From: Eledone cirrhosa
Lineage: Eukaryota
Assembly (NCBI GenBank): GCA_964016885.1
Contig: OZ024745.1
Location: 46,004,001-46,068,000 of the forward strand
Direction of reading: 5' to 3'
Length of the DNA stretch: 64,000 bases
This document shows, piece by piece, positions 58,986 through 64,000 of the stretch. Below the pieces are notes generated by a model that was not told the origin of the DNA, ran no database searches, and was given only the letters and a program-made list of their open reading frames with translations. Both the position numbers and the translations under genes were made by a program. Numbering within the stretch: position 1 is the stretch's first letter; each line of letters opens with the position of its first letter.

Positions 58986-59211
58986 CAATAAAATAAAGTA
59001 CCAGTAATGCACTGGGGTAATTGCTGGCCTTGTGCCAAAAGTAGAAACAATTATTGTTTACCAACATATTCTTTTATACACAGAGACTCATTAGCTAAGT
59101 ATTGTAACAAATGCTTTCACAGGGGCCACTGCATGGAGGTGAGGATGGCTCAGGCTCCGAAACCATCTTCAATAATGGGAATGTGTCTAGAGAACATGCC
59201 CAACCCACAAA
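58986..59211 (+). repeat. ~225-bp direct repeat, copy 1 (SINE tail plus unique flank)
   Basis: Matches 60123-60348. Confidence 0.9.
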
Positions 59212-59249
59212 TTTAAAATTAGATTCGATGACTGTGTTTATGATTACAT

Positions 59250-59395
59250 GAGTAGTATATATAAACATTTTGAAATCCAGTTCCTAAGTACATATATAAA
59301 CATAGTAGTATATATAAACATTCTGAAATATAGTTCCTAGGTACATATATAAACATAGTAGTATATATAAACATTCTGAAATATAGTTCCTAAGT
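59250..59395 (+). repeat. Three ~50-bp tandem units
   Basis: agtagtatatataaacattYtgaaat..agttcctaRgt. Confidence 0.85.
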
Positions 59396-60122
59396 CCAAA
59401 ACTACCATTGTATTACATACTGTCTTCAGAGGCCACGAACCAAATGATGATACAGGCACCAGAGAGAAAGTACTGAGTCTGAAAGAAAATATCCAACTAA
59501 TTTTAAAATGAAAGAGATGTAAAGTTTATATTAATTCGTGACTGAAACCCCCCACCCCTACCCCTACATTTTCCCACTGGTTACATCTTTCAATCTCTTT
59601 CTAGCCACAAATCCGATCAAGTACGCCAAACTACATCATGAAGACATCAGAGGAGTTTCTAGTACTATATCTTTGTAACTGTTTGTTCTTCTGGAGTATA
59701 TTGGCGGTGCGAACTTCCCTGGTTAGACGAAGAAAACATTCAGAAATCACCTCCTTGATTGCGTTCCATACCTGACGTGCTTTTTTTAAGGCCTTGATGG
59801 TGTTGGATGCTGCCCCAGTGATAACTGGTCTTTGGCTTATGAGTCGTTCACTTACATCCAGATATCACGGCATCCAGGAACTCGACATCTTTGTTGACAG
59901 TATCAAGGGAAATGAATAATGGACGATAAAGTCGTACTATACCTCACACTCTCGTTGCTTCACAGCGACTGGTGCATTCTCTGATCTTTCTAAATAATCC
60001 TCATTCGCTTGAATGTACGCGGCTACATTCTGCGCACTGTTATCTCCCTAACGTCATTATTTCCAGCAAGCAAAAATAAAGACGGATACTTTCTCGCCAG
60101 ACTTCGTAGTAACAAGACTCAT

Positions 60123-60348
60123 CAATAAAATAAAGTACCAGTAATGCACTGGGGTAATTGCTGGCCTTGTGCCAAAAGTAAAAACAATTATTGTTTAACA
60201 ACATATTCTTTTATACACAGAGACTCATTAGCAAAGTATTGTAACAAATGCTTTCACAGGGGCCACTGCATGGAGGTGAGGATGGCTCAGGCTCCGAAAC
60301 CATCTTCAATAATGGGAATGTATCTAGAGAACATGCCCAACCCACAAA
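60123..60348 (+). repeat. ~225-bp direct repeat, copy 2
   Basis: Matches 58986-59211. Confidence 0.9.
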
Positions 60349-60536
60349 GTGGTGGATTGGCAGTATCGGTAGAGGGTCGGACGCCATGCTTTGACGCATA
60401 GTTACGGCCCTTGCCATTCTGAGTTCAAATCCCGCCGAGGTTAACTTTGCCTTTCATCCTTACGGGGTCGATAAAATAAAGTGCCAGTAATGCACTGGGT
60501 AATTTCTGGCCTTGTGCCAAAAGTAGAAACAATTAT
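60349..60536 (+). mobile_element. Near full-length SINE
   Basis: Same family as 38120. Confidence 0.88.
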
Positions 60537-60623
60537 TTAGCCTTAACAAAATGAATATTTAAACTCTACTTCGGTATTAAGTAGTCTTTTTTTCTCGGCC
60601 GTCAACTACACACAAACACACAC

Positions 60624-60656
<33 letters not shown>

Positions 60657-61331
60657 ATAGAAATGGCTGTGTAGTTGCTATTTAAGGTAACTTAAAATGC
60701 AGTGTCAATACGAAGAAAGCAAGAACAGGAGGGGGAGGTCCTCATCAGTTGTCTACTGGGGGTCTAGGATATTTCTACGCTTTCAAGACAAGATACCACT
60801 TCACCCCAGGGCGTCAATAACTGGATAAGTTATTGGGAAAACGAAGGAAGGAGGGAAGGAGAGAGAGAGAGAGAGATAGAGGACTATTGCTGGCCTCCAA
60901 GGCCGATTAGACAGATGCTGTTGATATCTAGTTTAAATATTTGAATGTTGACTCTTGCAGCAAAGACGTATGTTAGGAGAGAAAACCAAAGAGACGACTA
61001 GTATTGGTTGTTAGTGCTAGGACTGGGGGGGGGGTGAACACAATATGGGTAATGAGAAGGGAAAAGAAGTGTGTGGCAAGTGTGCCTGAGTACAGGTGCC
61101 ACGAAATCAACCATATCTGAGAAACAGAGGCCGTTATAGGAGAAGTAGAAAATCCCAGAGACAGGAGAAGTAACACCTGTCTGTCAGTGATTCTATGCCA
61201 ACCAAACGAGTGGCTTTTTTTCTGACTGCGATCTAGAAAATCCAGTGAACCAGTGACTGCCTTGTTGTAAACTTGTTTAACCAGAAACTCTATTTTTCCT
61301 TAAGTGCGATATAAAACAAAATATTCGTACA

Positions 61332-62224
61332 TCAAATTTGTTATTCGTACATCACCATCAAATTTGTTATTCGTACATCACCATCAAATTTGTTATTCGT
61401 ACATTACCATCAAATTTGTTATTCGTACATCACCATCAAATTTGTTATTCGTACATCACCATCAAATTTGTTATTCGTACATTACCATCAAATTTGTTAT
61501 TCGTACATCACCATCAAATTTATTATTTGTACATTACCATCAAATTTGTTATTCGTACATCACCATCAAATTTGTTATTCGTACATTACCATCAAATTTG
61601 TTATTCGTACATCACCATCAAATTTGTTATTCGTACATCACCATCAAATTTGTTATTCGTACATTACCATCAAATTTGTTATTCGTACATCACCATCAAA
61701 TTTGTTATTCGTACATCACCATCAAATTTGTTATTCGTACATCACCATCAAATTTATTATTCGTACATTACCATCAAATTTATTATTCGTACATTACCAT
61801 CAAATTTGTTATTCGTACATCTCCATCAAATTTGTTATTCGTACATCTCCATCAAATTTATTATTCGTACATCACCATCAAATTTGTTATTCGTACATCA
61901 CCATTAAATTTGTTATTCGTACATCACCATCAAATTTGTTATTCGTACATCACCATCAAATTTGTTATTCGTACATCACCATCAAATTTGTTATTCGTAC
62001 ATCACCATCAAATTTGTTATTCGTACATCACCATCAAATTTGTTATTCGTACATCACCATCAAATTTGTTATTCGTACATCACCATCAAATTTGTTATTC
62101 GTACATCACCATCAAATTTGTTATTCGTACATCACCATCAAATTTGTTATTCGTACATCACCATCAAATTTGTTATTCGTACATCACCATCAAATTTGTT
62201 ATTCGTACATCACCATCAAATTTG
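61332..62224. repeat. 26-bp minisatellite, ~34 copies
   Basis: tttgttattcgtacatcaccatcaaa. Confidence 0.97.
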
Positions 62225-62393
62225 AACTCACAAACATAGTATCCATTCAAATATCTCACATGTACACAGCAACAATCTTTTGTTCCCTACAATATTTACA
62301 ATATAGCATATATTTTTAATTGATATTTTGTAGGTTGTAGGTTCAGTAGATAAGTTGTAGAATCGTGTAAAAGGTATTTATATATATATATAC

Positions 62394-62447
<54 letters not shown>

Positions 62448-63452
62448 ATATATATATAGAGAGAGAGGTGACAGTTACTTCTATAATATTTAAGTGACGT
62501 ATGTGATTGTAAAGCTAAATTAGTTATGCTCTCTTACACTTTATGTAATAGTATTAAATACAGTCAATTTACACTTAAATAATATGGTTGTTTAGGAAGT
62601 ATCGATTGAAATAGAGCGAAACAATGTTATGACTAAACCCGTTAAAGAGAATAATTAGCCCGAAACCGGTACATTACGTTTCTCTTTAGCAAAAACCTAT
62701 TAGAAATCTAAGGCAGAAAATAATAATAGCAAAATTAACCTTTTATATTAAATATCAAAATCTTAAGAATCGAACCCATACCTTAGAATTTACTTTAAGT
62801 AACTAAATACTAAAAACGTTAAGATCATGAAATACATAGTGAAATTAGTCTTTTACAATATTTACAGTATCATTTTTTTTTTTTAATGATTAAAACTTTC
62901 TAATTAGCTGAGTGGTTAGAGTGTCGGATTAAATAATTGCTGATTTAATTGGCACTCGAGTCTTCGATTTCAGTTCTGACTTGCGTGTGTAAAGAAACAG
63001 AAATGTCAGTGAAGTAAGGATGACCGACTATTTGCCCTAAGTGCTCTTCTGGTAATGGTTCCCTGTTGGCTGCAGTGCTAGATTACATTGGCTCCGATCA
63101 TTATGTAATTTGATCAATATTGGGCTGACTGTTTATTTTTAATGATCGCATCGAATTTTTCAGGAATATACAGAGACTTAAGAAATGTGAATAAAAAGTT
63201 AAACTAGTGTGATTTGCGTTTGTCTTTGTCGTGTTGTGTATATATTTAGGGTAATGTAGGGTACGACAATTTCTTTATACAAAACTGATAATCCTTTGCA
63301 AGATATTGAGTTATTTGCATTCATTTACAATACCTCAAATTTCATAATAAAAAAATAGCTCCATCATATATTACTGACGAAATAGAAATGGATGATGGCG
63401 AAATTTCAGAAGGACGAAATTGTTGTTTATAATATATATATATATATATATA

Positions 63453-63515
63453 TAATTGTTTCTACTTTAGGCACAAGGCCAGCAATCACACAGTGCATTA
63501 CTGGTACTTTATTTA
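63453..63515 (-). mobile_element. SINE 3' fragment
   Basis: aattgtttctactttaggcacaaggccagc..tactggtactttattt. Confidence 0.75.
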
Positions 63516-63641
63516 TATAATGATATGATTCCAGTTCCTAAGAGAAATAACAACACTACCAGGAGCTGGACATATCGAGGGATTGACGGAGTATACCACA
63601 CTTCAACAACATGTGTACCTGTCCTTCCCACACCAATTCGG

Positions 63642-63696
63642 ACTGCCTGAAGAGGTCACAGCCAGTGATGGCTGTCACTGAAATATATATAGCAGT
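63642..63696 (+). ncRNA. Type I hammerhead ribozyme
   Basis: actgc-CTGAAGA-ggtc-acagcc-agtgat-ggctgt-cact-GAAA-tatata-TA-gcagt. Confidence 0.75.
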
Positions 63697-63826
63697 ATAT
63701 CTATAATTTATAATAAACGATTTACATATTTGACTTAATTATTTTACATTACTCCGGAGTAAACAAACCAACCTGCGTACTTCGTCAAGTGCTCCAATCT
63801 GCATACTGAGGTGTCGGTAAACAACT

Positions 63827-63883
<57 letters not shown>

Positions 63884-63967
63884 GCTGGGGGAGAGAGCAA
63901 AGAAAGGCAAGAGTGGTAAGTGTGAGAAAAAGAAAGAGAATACGCATATATTTTCATTTCATTGTTG

Positions 63968-64000
63968 CTTTCTGACCGTTTTTCCTGTACTTTTTTGTAG
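63968..64000 (+). promoter_or_regulatory. Candidate 3' splice acceptor
   Basis: Branch-like ttctgac, polypyrimidine tract and terminal TAG. Confidence 0.5.

Noticed and set aside
61304-62319. Repeat ORFs or a possible CRISPR-like array
   Set aside because: Contiguous 26-bp minisatellite with no spacers and no cas genes; eukaryotic context
62620-62677. aatg...GAAA-ccgg-TA-catt hammerhead-like relic (others at ~47483 and ~2096)
   Set aside because: CUGANGA or GAAA is degraded; possibly decayed copies, but not supportable as ribozymes

Overview
Repeat-saturated, AT-rich animal genomic DNA with no recognisable host exon. It is probably from an octopus or other cephalopod, inferred from the recurrent tRNA-derived SINE family and the extreme microsatellite load. 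The window ends on a textbook 3' splice acceptor, so it may be intronic. Contents: one apparently intact CR1-group LINE (52.6-57.6 kb) whose ATG-less ORF2 is probably reached by -1 frameshifting; a 5'-truncated Penelope-like element with a GIY-YIG endonuclease; an internally deleted mariner with extended TIRs; a pogo/Tigger-type MITE; decayed RTE, R4/Dong and CR1-like fragments; more than a dozen SINE copies; and several satellites. The main hidden signal, read by eye, is a dense set of type I hammerhead ribozyme motifs: 15 copies with a complete or near-complete core from about 10 distinct sequence families, plus degenerate and half motifs. They sit in short non-coding cassettes that are mostly embedded in or next to (TA)n tracts, either as a 310-bp tandem (retrozyme-like) array or as outward-facing inverted repeats. 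Most ORFs in the supplied track are microsatellite or satellite artefacts.
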